From the NCBI RefSeq assembly GCF_009914755.1, contig NC_060934.1: DNA of 64,000 nucleotides. One strand, written 5' to 3'. The position numbers and the translations under genes were made by a program. Below, one piece after another: positions 1 to 14,700 of the stretch (position 1 is its first letter; every line of letters begins with the position of its first letter). Origin of the DNA: the human T2T-CHM13v2.0 reference genome, Homo sapiens. The notes below the pieces were generated by a model. That model ran no database searches and was not told the DNA's origin. It was given only the letters and a program-made list of their open reading frames with translations.

Positions 1-251
1 TGTATGATGTATGTATATGCACGATGTGTGTATATGTATGTGCGTATGATGTGTGTATGATGTGTGTATATGTGCATGTATATGATGTGTGTATGTCTGT
101 ATGATGTGTGCGTATGATGTATATGATGTGTGTGTATTTTGTGTGTGTATGTGTGTATGATGTATGTGTATACGTGTGTATGATGTGTGTGTATATGTGT
201 GTATGTGTATGATGTGTGTGTATGTATGATGTGTGTGTATATATGTGTATG

Positions 252-291
<40 letters not shown>
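1..291. repeat. Compound (TG)n / TATGATGTGTG-type microsatellite
   Basis: Degenerate tatgatgtgtg units ending in a pure (TG)n tract at ~253-291. Confidence 0.95.
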
Positions 292-293
<2 letters not shown>

Positions 294-1022
294 AGGCTGC
301 TGGTAGTCCTGGCCACCAGTTACATCATCACTGGGATGCTGCAAAGAGTGCAAAATATTAGTGGGAAATGTCATTACCTGATAGATTTTTGAAAACCTAT
401 CTGCAAGTAAGAGCTTGGGCTATCATTCCTTCTTACTTTTGATTCTAATATAGGGAGCAAGGTTTTCCCAGGCCCAGAGGAAAGAACTCTCTCTCTGTTG
501 CCTTTTTCCTTTGTCTCTGACATCAGTCCTTCTCCAGGGCTGATGCACAAGGAAGACGAAGCGTAAGCCTACCCATTGTGAGGTGCTCCTGCCCGTGAAG
601 CCTAAGAAGGCACAAATTCAATGTCTTGCCTAGCCAACAAGGCAGCCTTAAAAAATAGGAATCTACCAATCTTCAACCCATCTCTACCTCACAGGTGCCA
701 ACATCCCCTTGCTCATCCAGGAGCTAACATCCTCCTTGGGTGTTAGACAGCATCCTTCGTTGTCTAAGATCCTTCCAGTGGTGCCGTACTTAGACCTGCC
801 TTGCACAGTACCGCTGCACACCCACGACTTTTCTCAGCCCCTACACTGCCTCTTCTCCTCCTTTGTATGCCTCTGACTCCTTCAGCTGCGGCCTTTCTAT
901 CCTTAGCGTATTTGGATAAGTGAATTCAGTACTGCCTGAAAAGATTTGATGGTGGGATTTCAGACACTGTAGTGAGTTGAAAAAAGCAGACCAATTGTTC
1001 GAAAACCCATAATTTCACCTAG

Positions 1023-1466
<444 letters not shown>

Positions 1467-2682
1467 TAAGTAGCAAGATGAATGTTTTCAGTCCTTAAGT
1501 AAGCCCATGCTACTCCTTTGGCTGTGAAGACTCACAATTTTAGAGTCTGTAAGTCATGTTTGCTCAGGATGAGTGTTACGTACTTAAGATATTATGAACG
1601 TTTCATAACTCTTTTTCTGTATGTCCATCACAGAACTACAGAATCAATAGGTCTGTTTTTATAAGTGAGCTCTGAAGAAAAAATCATATAACATGGAAAA
1701 AATGAAAAAGGAGACCATGATGCTGACTTTTCTAACAAATACTACAAGCTGTAGTTTGGTGTACTTATTTCTCTGCTTTAATAAGATTGTAAGATATAGT
1801 TTTTAAAGGAAAAAATTCACAGAGAGCAGTGAATTTGAAGAAAAAAGTTGGAGGGTGCCCTTTGTTTGCAAAAATACAAATAAGAGCAGTTTCAAAACGG
1901 CTACTTAAGTGCTGTCCATAGTTACAAAGCCCCTGTAGCTGATGAATTTTATCACGTGGAACGACATTTTAGGCCTTCATCAATATTTATCCTCTCTTAT
2001 CATGAATATTTCTTATAACATTCCCTAAGGAAGTCTAAAACTTTTCTAAGAAACTTTTGCATCATCTTGAACTTGCATCTGCTAAGCTTGATTGCCTTAG
2101 AAAAAACCCACTCTTTTATATCCTTTTGCATAGCAACATCCCAAACACAGCAAACATGATGATACACGGAAAAGAAAAAGAGTCTGGGAGAAATACAGCT
2201 ATGAAGGGACCAGCTTGTGTTTCCAGAAACCACTTGAGGACAGTGTTGTTGCTCCCCCATGAGAGCTGCAAGGGGCCAGCCCCATTCATGGTTCTCATTT
2301 CCTGAAGCTCTTCTTTAGCAATTCTTACAAAGTTTTATTTTATTCTGAAATCACGTGAAGAGGAGGAAAAATCAATGTTTATTGAAGGAGGGAAAATCCT
2401 TTCAAGATGATCTGTACTCCCATAGGATGGGCTGCATATTTTAGAAGTATGGTAAGTATGCACTCTTCTGAAACAGTTACCATAGGAACAATTTTTTTTC
2501 CCCATTAAATGGAAGGGTAATCACTGTCATAAATTTCCACACAAATGTCTAAGCTACACAAATTAAGCATTGGTTGGGAGTCAAATCCAACTGACTGCAT
2601 ATTTACACACTCTTTTAAATAGGCAGATGATAGATAGAGAGGAACTGTAGACAGAATCCTTCCTTTAAGATATTTGCATATC

Positions 2683-2990
<308 letters not shown>

Positions 2991-2998
2991 TAGTTTGG

Positions 2999-3288
2999 GG
3001 CCGGGCACGATGGCTCACGCCCGTAATCCCAGCACTTTGGGAGGCTTAGGCAGGAGGATCCCCTGAGGTCAGGAGTTTGAGACCAGCCTGGCCAACACGG
3101 TGAAACCCCATCTCTACTAGAAATACAAAAATTAGCCAGGCATGGTGGCACCCACCTGTAATCTCAGCTACTCAGGAGGCTGAGGCAGAAGAATCACTTG
3201 AACCCAGGAGGCAGAGGCTGCAGTGAGCTGAGAACATGCCACTGCACTCCAGCTTGGGTGACAGAGTGAGGCTCTGTCTCAAAAAAAT
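2999..3288 (+). mobile_element. Alu (AluS-like) inserted into the tail/TSD of the preceding Alu
   Basis: ggccgggcac... start; TSD aaaaaatagtttg on both sides. Confidence 0.92.
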
Positions 3289-3363
3289 AGTTTGCACATC
3301 CAACAGCCAAACTACGTGTTTACTAAACAAACCATCAAAGAGGGCACTTTGACACTCACTGCT

Positions 3364-3660
3364 TTTTTTTTTTTGAGACAGGGTCTTGCTTTGTCACCAA
3401 GGCTAAAGTGCAGTGGCACAATCATAGCTCACTGCAGCCTCAAACCCTGGGCTCAAGCAATTCTCTCACCTCAGCCACCTGAATAGATGGGACTACAGGT
3501 GCAAGCCATTACACTTGGCTAATTTTTTTAAAATTATTTTTTGTAGAGACAGGTTGCCACTATGTTACACAGGCTGGTCTTGAACTCCTGGGCTTAAGCA
3601 ATCCTTCCATCTAGGCTTCCCAAAGTGTTGTGATTACAGGTGTGAACCACAGCACCTGGT
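3364..3660 (-). mobile_element. Alu (AluJ-like)
   Basis: Antisense Alu; diverged TSD cactcactgctttt / cacccattgctttt. Confidence 0.9.
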
Positions 3661-4165
3661 CACCCATTGCTTTTTAATTCAGCTCTGACTTCCTAGGAGG
3701 GCATCATCCCAGCTCCTCTCTGGAAAGCCCTCCCAAGCAATATCAAAGAGGATTCTTATAGCCTGGCTCATAAGTATTTATTGTGAAGAAGGGAACAAAT
3801 GTGACATACCACTGTGTAGTGGATACATAGAGTTCTGTAAGCAATACCAAGTGTCAAGTGGGGTTTTAATTATGAAGGCTTGCACAATAAGCTGGATTTG
3901 AGCCAGATTTTAAAAAAGGTAACATCTAGGAAACAGTGGGATGTTTTGGTGGAAGAGCATATTCCATTTATCTTACAATGTGCTGTTTTCATGTTTGAAC
4001 ATCTCTAAAATCAATGGTGTTTCACAGTCACTATCAACCAGGGGGCAGTTGTGATGTATGCAACATCATGCACAGAGGAACAAACTTGGTTATTGTCATT
4101 TCAACTGAGTTTTGTCTATTGTTGGCTCTGTGCATGTTAGGTTTAACTGACATTTAAAATGTCTT

Positions 4166-4922
<757 letters not shown>

Positions 4923-5109
4923 TCAAAATGCAGATGAGGAGTTGGTAGCTTGGAATAAAATCCCAGAGACAATGCTGGAGTCCTCTTGTGTGAAAAGTTG
5001 CAACATTCCTGACAGTGCAGAAAATATGGTAAAATATGGACACTGACAATTGTGAGAGGAAAGTGATCAAGATAAGTCCAGCTATGAATATAAGGATATT
5101 TTAGGATTA

Positions 5110-5824
5110 CAGCAGTCCCCCTTATCAGCAGGGAATACATTCTAAGACCCCCAGTGAATGCCTGAAACTGCAGATAGTACTCAACCCTTTATATACTACA
5201 TATTTTTTTCTGTACATATCTAAATTAAGCTTTAAATTATAAATTAGGCACATAAGAAATGAGCAGCCACTAATAATAAAATAGAACAATTAAAACAACA
5301 AGGTGTTCACAATTTCACAGATAGAACATTCATTCTTAGCATAGATCTTAGCAACCTCTGCATACAATTTCTTTTTCTTTCCTTATTAAGTCCATAACTT
5401 TCACCATTTCACTTAAAGGAAGCACTTTATGGCTTTGCTTTGGCATATCCGACTTGCCAGCAGCACTACTCCTGCACTTTGGAGACATTATGAAGTAAAA
5501 TGAGGGTGAATTGAGAGTTGAACCCAAGCACTGTGATACCATAACAGTCAATCTGACAGCCTCGTCGACTAAGTGAGACCGCTAAGTGCTACTAGATGGG
5601 CAGGGAGTGTAGACAGTGTGGATCTGCTGAACAAAGGGACAATTCAGGTCCAGGTGGGATGGAGCAGGACGGTGCAAGATTTCATCACAGTACTCAAAAC
5701 AGCATGCAGTTTAAAACATATGGATTGCTATTTCTGGAATTTTCCATTTAATATTTTCTAACCATGTTGACCACAGGTAACTAAAACTGCAGAAACTGAA
5801 ACCACAGATACAGGAGGACTACTG
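5110..5824. mobile_element. TcMar-Tigger-derived MITE (MER44-like)
   Basis: Terminal inverted repeats cagcagtcccccttatc...gatacaggaggactactg flanked by TA dinucleotides (5108-09, 5825-26). Confidence 0.8.
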
Positions 5825-6016
5825 TACCACTGTACCTTATCCTTAATCTTTTTATGAGAATACATGAAAAAAATTATAAGAATACATGAAAAAAATTGTA
5901 TCTTAAGTTGAAAAGGGCTGTTTCAGCAAGTATAAAATTCGAAGAGAGAAGGAAACATTATGACAATTAATTGTTAGAGGTTTTTTTTTCCTTTGATTTA
6001 AGATAATGATAACTCA

Positions 6017-6290
6017 TTTTTTTCTTTTGAGACAGAGTCTCCCTCTTTCGCCCAGGCTGGAGTGAAGTGGCATGATCTCAGCTCACTGCAACCTCCGCTC
6101 CCTGGGTTCATGTGATTCTCCTGCCTCAGCCCCCTGAGTAGCTGGGATTACAGGCGTTCGCCACCACGCCCGGCTAATTTTTGTATTTTTAGTAGAGACA
6201 GAGTTTCACCATTTTCGCCAGGCTGGACTCAAACTCCTGACCTCAGGTGATCCACCCACCTCGGCCTCCCAAGGTGCTAGGATTACAGGC
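6017..6290 (-). mobile_element. Alu (AluS-like, 5' end clipped)
   Basis: Antisense Alu body ending at ...gattacaggc. Confidence 0.9.
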
Positions 6291-7157
6291 TGTAATCTTT
6301 TACCATGACATTTTAGGTTTAATGATATACAGACATGTAAAAAAAATTGAATAAGCACAGTATGATATTAGAACATATTATAGGAGAGCAGAAGTTCAAT
6401 GAGATGAGAATGGGGCAGAAATCAAACACCATAAGATCCTCAGAAAAATATTAGTAAATTTAATAATTTTAGAATTTGTTTTCTTTTAAACATTTGAATA
6501 AATTGTCTAGAACGCTTGAATTCTGATGTGATTTTTAAAAAAAAATCTAACAATTTCTATATAGTTTAAAAATCTATTGTAAGAAAATTAGCCCCAATAT
6601 GTGTATTAAGGGGATTGTAATAATAAAATATCAGTCGGGAATAATAAAATACCAGTCTGAAAATTCACTCACTATACTTTAATTGTATTTACATGAAAAA
6701 CACAACAGTTCTTAAAGAAAGTAGACGTCTTATGAAGAATCAATGCCAGATACTATTTAAATACATCTTATGAGATAATGCTGGGAACATAAGACTAAAT
6801 GACAATATAACAATGCAGATTTTACAAAGTGGATTATTCTGATTAAGGCATTTGGCTTATATTTTTGCTTTTTGAAAACTTTTTTTCTCACTTTATAAAA
6901 AATATAATGGTCAGTTGTCATCAGCTTGCTTGGTTAATACCGAAATAACTAGAAATTTTGAAGATTTAGAATCTTGGCACATTATTTTATTTTTATGTTA
7001 TAAAATATTCTTAGAAAAAACAGACTTTCAGGATTTACAACTGCATTTTATTCCATAAAGGGTGTGCCAAAGCTATCTTTAATAACGTTTTGGGTACATT
7101 ACAAAAGAATTACAGCAATTTAATGGTACAGTGAGGTGGTGATCCAAATTCTAAGAT

Positions 7158-7339
7158 AATGTTAAAATTTGCAGCCTAACTCATCCATCCCACTGTTTAT
7201 ACCATCTATACCTATAAAGCATTCTTGCTAGTTAGTGCTGGACATCATCTTACTAAGTGGGTGGCAGCTGCCTGTCATCTCAATAATTCTGAAAAAAAGC
7301 CAGGGAATTTGTTTTAAAGCATTTGTCCAGATTAAACCA
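7158..7339 (+). repeat. Local direct duplication, copy 1 (~182 bp)
   Basis: Near-identical to 8670-9176 once the Alu is removed; ~10 mismatches by eye. Confidence 0.92.
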
Positions 7340-7700
7340 CATGTGGCCTCCAGGGTGCTCTGGGCCTAAAGCCTAAGCCTGCTGGCTGTGTTGAGCCATC
7401 GAGCTTATTCAGAAAAAAAAAATGAACTGCATTCTCAAAGCCAATAAAGATAAAAGAAACCTACGTTAGTCCAAAACAGCACAGCTCAAGGGTGGGAATT
7501 GCACAAGATTAAGGTTTGTCCTCAGTATTGGCCTCAGAAAAGTCAGGGGATAGAAAGGAAAGTAGACAGCTGCTGGGTCCTTCTGTTTTTTGTTTTGCTT
7601 GCTTGAAAGAAACTTGAATTGGACAGTTAACTTTGTCTTGATTAACTCTAGTGGTGAATAGTGGCCCTGAGCACACGATAGCAAACTGTGGTTATGTTGT

Positions 7701-8075
7701 TGATATGGTTAGGCTTTGTGTCCCCACCCAAATCTCATCTTGAATTGTAATCTCCAGGTGTTGAGGGAGAGACTGACGGGAGGGAGGTGATTAAATCATG
7801 GGAATGCTTTCCCCCATGCTGTTATCCTGTTCTCATGATAGTGAGTTCTCGTGAGATCTCATGGTTTTATAAGGGGCTCTTCCCCTTTTGTTTCCTACAC
7901 ACGCTCTCTCACCTGCCACCATGTAAGATGTTCCTGCTTTCCCTTCCACCATGATTGTAAGTTTCCTGAGGCCTCCCCAGCCATGTGGAACTGTGAGTCA
8001 ATTAAACCTCTTCACTTTATAAATTAGCCAATCTTGGGTAGTATCTTTATGGCAGTGTGAAAACGAACTAATACA
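7701..8075 (+). mobile_element. MaLR solo LTR (THE1D/MST-like)
   Basis: tgatatggtt...ctaataca termini; 5-bp TSD gttgt/gatgt. Confidence 0.85.
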
Positions 8076-8669
8076 GATGTCTACTTAGGTAATACAATAG
8101 CTACATTGAATGTTTGGCACAGAATCCTATGAAAGATAAGACTTGATAGAATTTCCACATCTTAGAAAGGATCATAATTTGATTCTTCATGATAGTCATT
8201 GAATAAAGTGACATCTAAGTGATGGGAAAGATTGTTAGGCAGGCTGTAAAGCTGTTGACCTTGTTATTCCATGGCAAACCATTTGGTAAAATTGTCACAT
8301 GCACTGTCACAGAAGGGAAGCCACATGCCTTTCTACCCCTTCCTGGGAGACTGATTGGAAAAACTCAGAATATTGTGGTGGGTTAGAACGACTGCTCCTA
8401 AGTACCTTTAGCAAGATCATATGGAAGAGAAGGACTCAGGCGAGAAGTGTACAGTTTGCATGGAGAGACGTAACTGCATAGTGGAGATTTTATTGTGTGT
8501 GAAGGGAGGGTCTCTCTGCATGCAGCCTGCAATCTAGAGTTAATAAACAAGTAGACTCTCAGCACTGGAAAAATACAATCAAGAAAGAGAAAAACACAAA
8601 ACATAGGAAGCAGCAAACCCAATGCAGACCTCACCACTGGGATAATGAAAGCAGGACTCACATGGTTGC

Positions 8670-9176
<507 letters not shown>

Positions 9177-9699
9177 ATGAATTTACCAATGAATCCAAAT
9201 TGGAAAATTCAACACAGTGAGGCCAAGGACAGGGAAGGGAGTGTCCCATATCCATAGCCCCTCTTCCATCCAGAATAAAAACATAGGCATTAAAAATCAA
9301 TGAAAGCATTGCTTTCTTAATGAGATCCACAATATTGATGGTGTGTGGTTGATAAAGAGTGAAATAATAAAAAAGCTATTCCTAACATAAAGGCTTACAT
9401 TCATACATGATGCCTTTTATGACAAGTCTTCTGATCTCTGTAGGCTGTGACAGAAGAAAACCAAGTATCTGTCAAATAGGTGTAATTCTTCTATAGATAT
9501 ATGTATAATTATTTTCATACTATGGATACTTATATGAATAGAATGTATACATTTAGAACAATAAGAAGTTGGTCATAGTGGTTGCTTATGTGAAAGGGAC
9601 ACGAGAAAGGTGTCTTCTTCCTACTTACCTTTGAGTAAATTATACATTTTAGGTCAGGTATATACATTACCTAATCACACACAGGCAAAAACAGCAAAG

Positions 9700-10130
9700 T
9701 AAAAAATAGTTCCTAATACAATCAACAAGTGCAATTTTCAAGCTCATTCACTGCAACATTGCTTTTAATAGGAAATATGAAAACAATTTAGATGTCCATC
9801 AATAGGGTACTGGTGAAGTTTATTATATACGCCTACACAGTTCAACACCATGTATCCACAAAAAGGAATGAAGAATATGTATTAATAAAAAAATGAGCTT
9901 TACAGCATTACTAACTGAAAAAGGCAAATGTTATTGCATGTTCTCATTTAAATTTTAAAAAGTGAGAGGAATATACATATGTGTGTATGTAATTATTATG
10001 TATGTGTGTATATATATGCATTTGTTTTTATACAATATTTATAGAAAAGTTACATTAAAAATTGATAACATTAGTTGTCTCAGGAAAGGAGAACTTGGTA
10101 GCAGAAGTTCAGGAATGGGATGGATATTTT
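9700..10130 (+). mobile_element. Old L1M (L1ME-like) 3' fragment
   Basis: Resembles L1 ORF2 end/3'UTR (gtccatcaatagg...aaaaggaatgaag); boundaries approximate. Confidence 0.55.
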
Positions 10131-10635
10131 GTATTCCAAAAGAATTCCACAGATGTTTTTCACATCAGCAATATCATTTAGATAAGTTTATGTTCTTGCT
10201 TCACAGACATCACTGACTTGAGTGCCTAAGGTAAAGCAGTTTTAACAAAAAAATATACTACCCATCTATTCTTGTTTCCTATATAGGCACCTCGTTTAGA
10301 ATAAAAAATCTACATCTAAAGGCTATATCTGCGTGTGCAGTTTTAAAAATTAGTATGTGCATGGCCTTTTTACACCAGTCCTGTGAAACACTATCTTTCA
10401 GTTTGCAGGTATAATTGGTATTCACTTACTCTGTTGCTAACTTCAGTTCTTTTTCATCAAGCACATTATGTAGAAAGACAAAAAAATGCTATTCCCTTTG
10501 GCTTCGCTCCACAATTTTTAAAATTATGAACACATAGTTTTTTTTTTGTTGGTGGCCTCAGACATTGTCCTAAGAGCATAGAATGTTCTTCTATCATTGG
10601 AAACTCTCATTCTAGATAAAAGAACACATGTCATT

Positions 10636-10772
10636 CCTTTTTTTTTACTTTTCTTCTCCCATCCTTCTCCCTCTCTCCTCTCTCTCCTGTCCTCTCTCTC
10701 TCTCTCTCCTCTCTCTCTCTTTCCCTCTCTTTCTCTGTCTTCTTTTCTTCTCCTTCTCTCTCTCTCTCTCTT
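10636..10772. repeat. (CT)n-rich low-complexity tract
   Basis: Direct inspection. Confidence 0.9.
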
Positions 10773-11739
10773 TATAAATAATAGCACTGGCTTCCTAGAG
10801 AGACCATGTATTTAAAGTCCTTAGAAGACGAACACTCTGTGGTTGAAAACCTCAAAGGACTGTTGTTAAGGAAGCTTTCATTTGAAAAGATTGAAAAATT
10901 AGTGACAATTTTTGTTTTACTTATCATTCTTTCTAGCTTGTCAAATGATGTTCTTGGGTTGATATGTGTTGGTGCAAATCATTGGTTCTGTATCCGCCAG
11001 CGCTTTCCTGCATTCCGATCAGTTTGGAGACCAAACTCTTGTTTGCAGTAACTTGAAATAGTCTTAGAGTTTTATAGTTATAGACCATTAGGACTGGAAG
11101 GAGGGTTGGACAAAATCTGGTTCTGTTTCTTTGTATTACAGATAAGGAAAATAAGGCTGAGGCTCACTAAGTGATTTTCCAAAAGTTACATAACTTGCTG
11201 TCAGTCAGACCTGCTGATTTTTTAAACCATAGCACATTTCAGCAGAAAGAAACTAATCCTCCAGAAAAATTATTTTGCTCTTTTCTTCCCCCGATCTGTG
11301 TTTGTCTCTTACTTGGAGTAACCAGTGTTTACGAATAAATCACCTGAGGTTTACTAAGAACTTGGAAAGGAGCGAAATTAGGTTGTTCTCTTGAGAGTTA
11401 CATATGATGTTCACCAGCATTGGCTTCCTTAACTGCCGAAAAATTTCCTTGACCTTTTGAAAAGTTTCCTTCAATTTGGTATTCAAACTGTATTACTGTG
11501 GACTGTGTTAATAAGCATAGTGGGTCCAATGCTAATGTTGTGGCTGGTATTAATGGCATTAACATATCTAGAAAGAGAAAAGGATTCAATGGAAGAGTTT
11601 AGACTACAAACAATGCAACAGAGGCCAGGTGCCAGTGTAGATGTTGACCTGTGTCCTACTCAGAGTCAGGAGAAAGTCTTGGCCAGGGTGTTGAGAATGT
11701 CATTCCCATTGTCAAGGATCTACTTTAGGGAAAAGGTGC

Positions 11740-12880
11740 TCCTTTCTTGAATTTTCTTGGCTTCCTGGTTTTCTTTTGACCTCTCTGGACACTAAACTTT
11801 CATTGTTTTGGCCTTTCATTTACTGACTCCTTCTCTCCCACCTTACCTCTAAATGGCAGTTGCTGAGAGCTTATTCATTGCCTTCTCACTTTGTCCCAAG
11901 GTGATCTCATTCACACTGATGAATCTCCAAACATAAAGGTCTACCCCACATCTCCTTTGATCCAAATCTCTCACTCTTTCAATCTATCTTTCCATCTCTT
12001 GATCTAAATTTCCAACTAGATGCCACAATTTTCATAAGCCTAACATGTTTAAAATCATATTCTTGATCTCTTCACCATATCTTCTCTTAAACTGCTCCTG
12101 CCCTAGGTTTCCCCAGTTCAGAAAATGGCGGCCCCGCCCCCGCCTCCCCACTGCCTGGCTGCTCAAATCAGAATTTGGTTGTAAATTTTGAAACCTCCCT
12201 CTTCCCCCGTTCAATCCATCACCAAGTTATATTTTTACCTCTTAAATATTTCTTGAAGCCAACAGCTACTCTTTGTCTGCACTGCTACAACCTTGATCTG
12301 TGCCACTATCTTCTTTACCAACTAGTCCACTAACTAATCTCCCCATGCTCATCTGATCTTCCACTTCAGTCCACGTAGCGAATGATAATTTACAAATACT
12401 GATTGCCTCGTGCCACCTCTCTGCTTAAAACGCATCAGTGGTGCCTGATTTCCTCCTCATCTTCAGCTTGCACCTTTCTGCCCTTTTCTAAGTTCACCCC
12501 AGCCCCATGGATGCCTTGCCTATCCGTCAAGGGTTTCCTGCCCCAGATCCTTCACACATTCTTCTCTCTCTGCTTGGAGTTCTTTCCCCTCTGCAACCCT
12601 TTTCTTCTTCTCAACTTTTTCCAACTTCCACTAATTCTTCAGTCTCATTTAAAATGTCAGATCCTACAAAATCTGATTTAGGATTCCCTTGGTATTCTCT
12701 TGCATAGCATCCTGTTTTTTTTCTTCCAAAACACTAATTTCAATTTCTAATTATAAATGCATTATATTTGTGTGATTATTTCTGTCTTCCCAACATAGCT
12801 GTTTTGTTCACTATTATATGCCCAGCAACTAGAACAGTTCTTGGCACATGGCAGATAGTCAATATGGGTTGAATGACAAT
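11740..12880 (+). mobile_element. L2 LINE remnant
   Basis: Pyrimidine-rich L2-like body ending in cttggcacatggcagatagtcaata...tgaatga; boundaries approximate. Confidence 0.6.
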
Positions 12881-12946
12881 GAGAGAGCTATGTCAGCTGA
12901 CAGGCTTTTGATAAAATAAATTTTTTTTCTCTTGACTCTGTTTTAG

Positions 12947-13275
<329 letters not shown>

Positions 13276-13869
13276 CCAAAGTACCTTTTGATTATGATTT
13301 ATCTTCCCACATAGTTTGACAACTGGGACAGAATGCACTGATTATGGGGATTTATTTAGCTGAGAGGTATTTCTTAATTTAAAAATCGATGTCCAGGCAA
13401 TAACTCAGGCTCACATAGACTTTAATTCATGTGCATCTGACTCTGAGTTCCTGAGAACAGTGACGCATGGGCCCTCAGGTCAGGTCCTGGGCCACATTAA
13501 TTCACTAATAAATATCACCCATGAGGCTTTGTTGGACACAACCTTGCAGACCTTTCTCCTCAGTGACTCTCTGGCATCATTACTGATTTAAGCTTATCTT
13601 TCTTTTTGAATGCCTGTGCTGAGTAACTTAGGAAGTATTGCCAAATTTTTGCCAGTTACTAGAGATAAAAGTTACCAAATATAGTTATCATTTTTGTGGG
13701 CCACTGAAGAGATTAACCAGGCTAGGCTAATCTCAGGCTGGAACTTCTAAGTGGTTCAAACAAGTCCTCTCCTGCAACCAGATTTTATGGGTGTGGGAAA
13801 TTCTATTGATGGTATGTTAATGGGCCTAGCACCAACTGGACAAAAGGACTATGGAATTGAGAGCTCTTA

Positions 13870-14115
13870 ATAATAAGTCATAGTATTAAGTTGTCTTTCT
13901 ACGCGCCAGGAACTATGCTGTTACGCACGTATTGTTCCATTCATTCTCATAACTCTACAGATCATGGAATGGTTTAGCAATCCCATTTACAGAAAAGGAA
14001 AACATGGCTTAGAAAGGTTATGTAGCATACTTAGTAAGCAGCTGAGCTGGAATGCAAACCAGAGCCTACCTGACTTTAGTACTTGAGATCTTAAGCACCA
14101 CGTGAAATTGCCTCC
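13870..14115 (-). mobile_element. MIR
   Basis: MIR core-like cccatttacagaaaaggaaaacatggcttagaaaggtta. Confidence 0.6.
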
Positions 14116-14259
14116 TTCTACCTTGATTTTGTACTAACTGATTGGTATGGAATCAACTGGTTTGTTTAGCAGTCAAATTCTCTATCCTCCAAGTCTGACT
14201 TATGTCATGATAATAATATCAAGAGATCATTAAAATACATGTTTGGGTACGATCCATTA

Positions 14260-14700
14260 CTTTATTCATTAAGGATTTTTTGAGTACCTTCTCTATACCA
14301 GCTGTTATGCAGATTCTAAGGAATGCAGATGAAAATGTATACAGTGTCTTCTCCCCCATAAGCTTGAAATGTTCATGGAAAACAGGCAAATAACCAGATA
14401 TGCACAATACAATATGACCAGTGCTATAAAGGAAGGCCAGATTCTGAGGAATCAAAGGGGATTGTCATGGAAATGTGATGTGAGCTGATGAAGACTAGGG
14501 ATTTGCCAGGCAGCTATGTAGGATGAGAGAAAGAAAAGGGCAGTTTTCTGGGTGGAGGGAACCATGTGTGCAGATCTCAGAGGTCTCTAGTACCTCAGTA
14601 CTATGGGAATGCCAGTTACAGTGGGTAGGGAAGAAGCAGCATTTCAAGAAATCAAGCTAAAAAGATCATAGACAAGGGGCCAGACCACATCAAATCTTTA
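14260..14700 (-). mobile_element. L2 3' end remnant
   Basis: ttattcatt...ttgagtacc...ctataccag pattern typical of an antisense L2 3' terminus. Confidence 0.55.
14261..14266 (-). terminator. ENKUR: Candidate distal polyadenylation signal of ENKUR (AATAAA)
   Basis: tttatt on + strand ~2.4 kb past the stop; a more proximal AATAAA lies at 15797-15802. Confidence 0.5.

Noticed and set aside
1-291. Repeat-spacer or CRISPR-like array
   Set aside because: Simple degenerate dinucleotide satellite with no unique spacers; eukaryotic context
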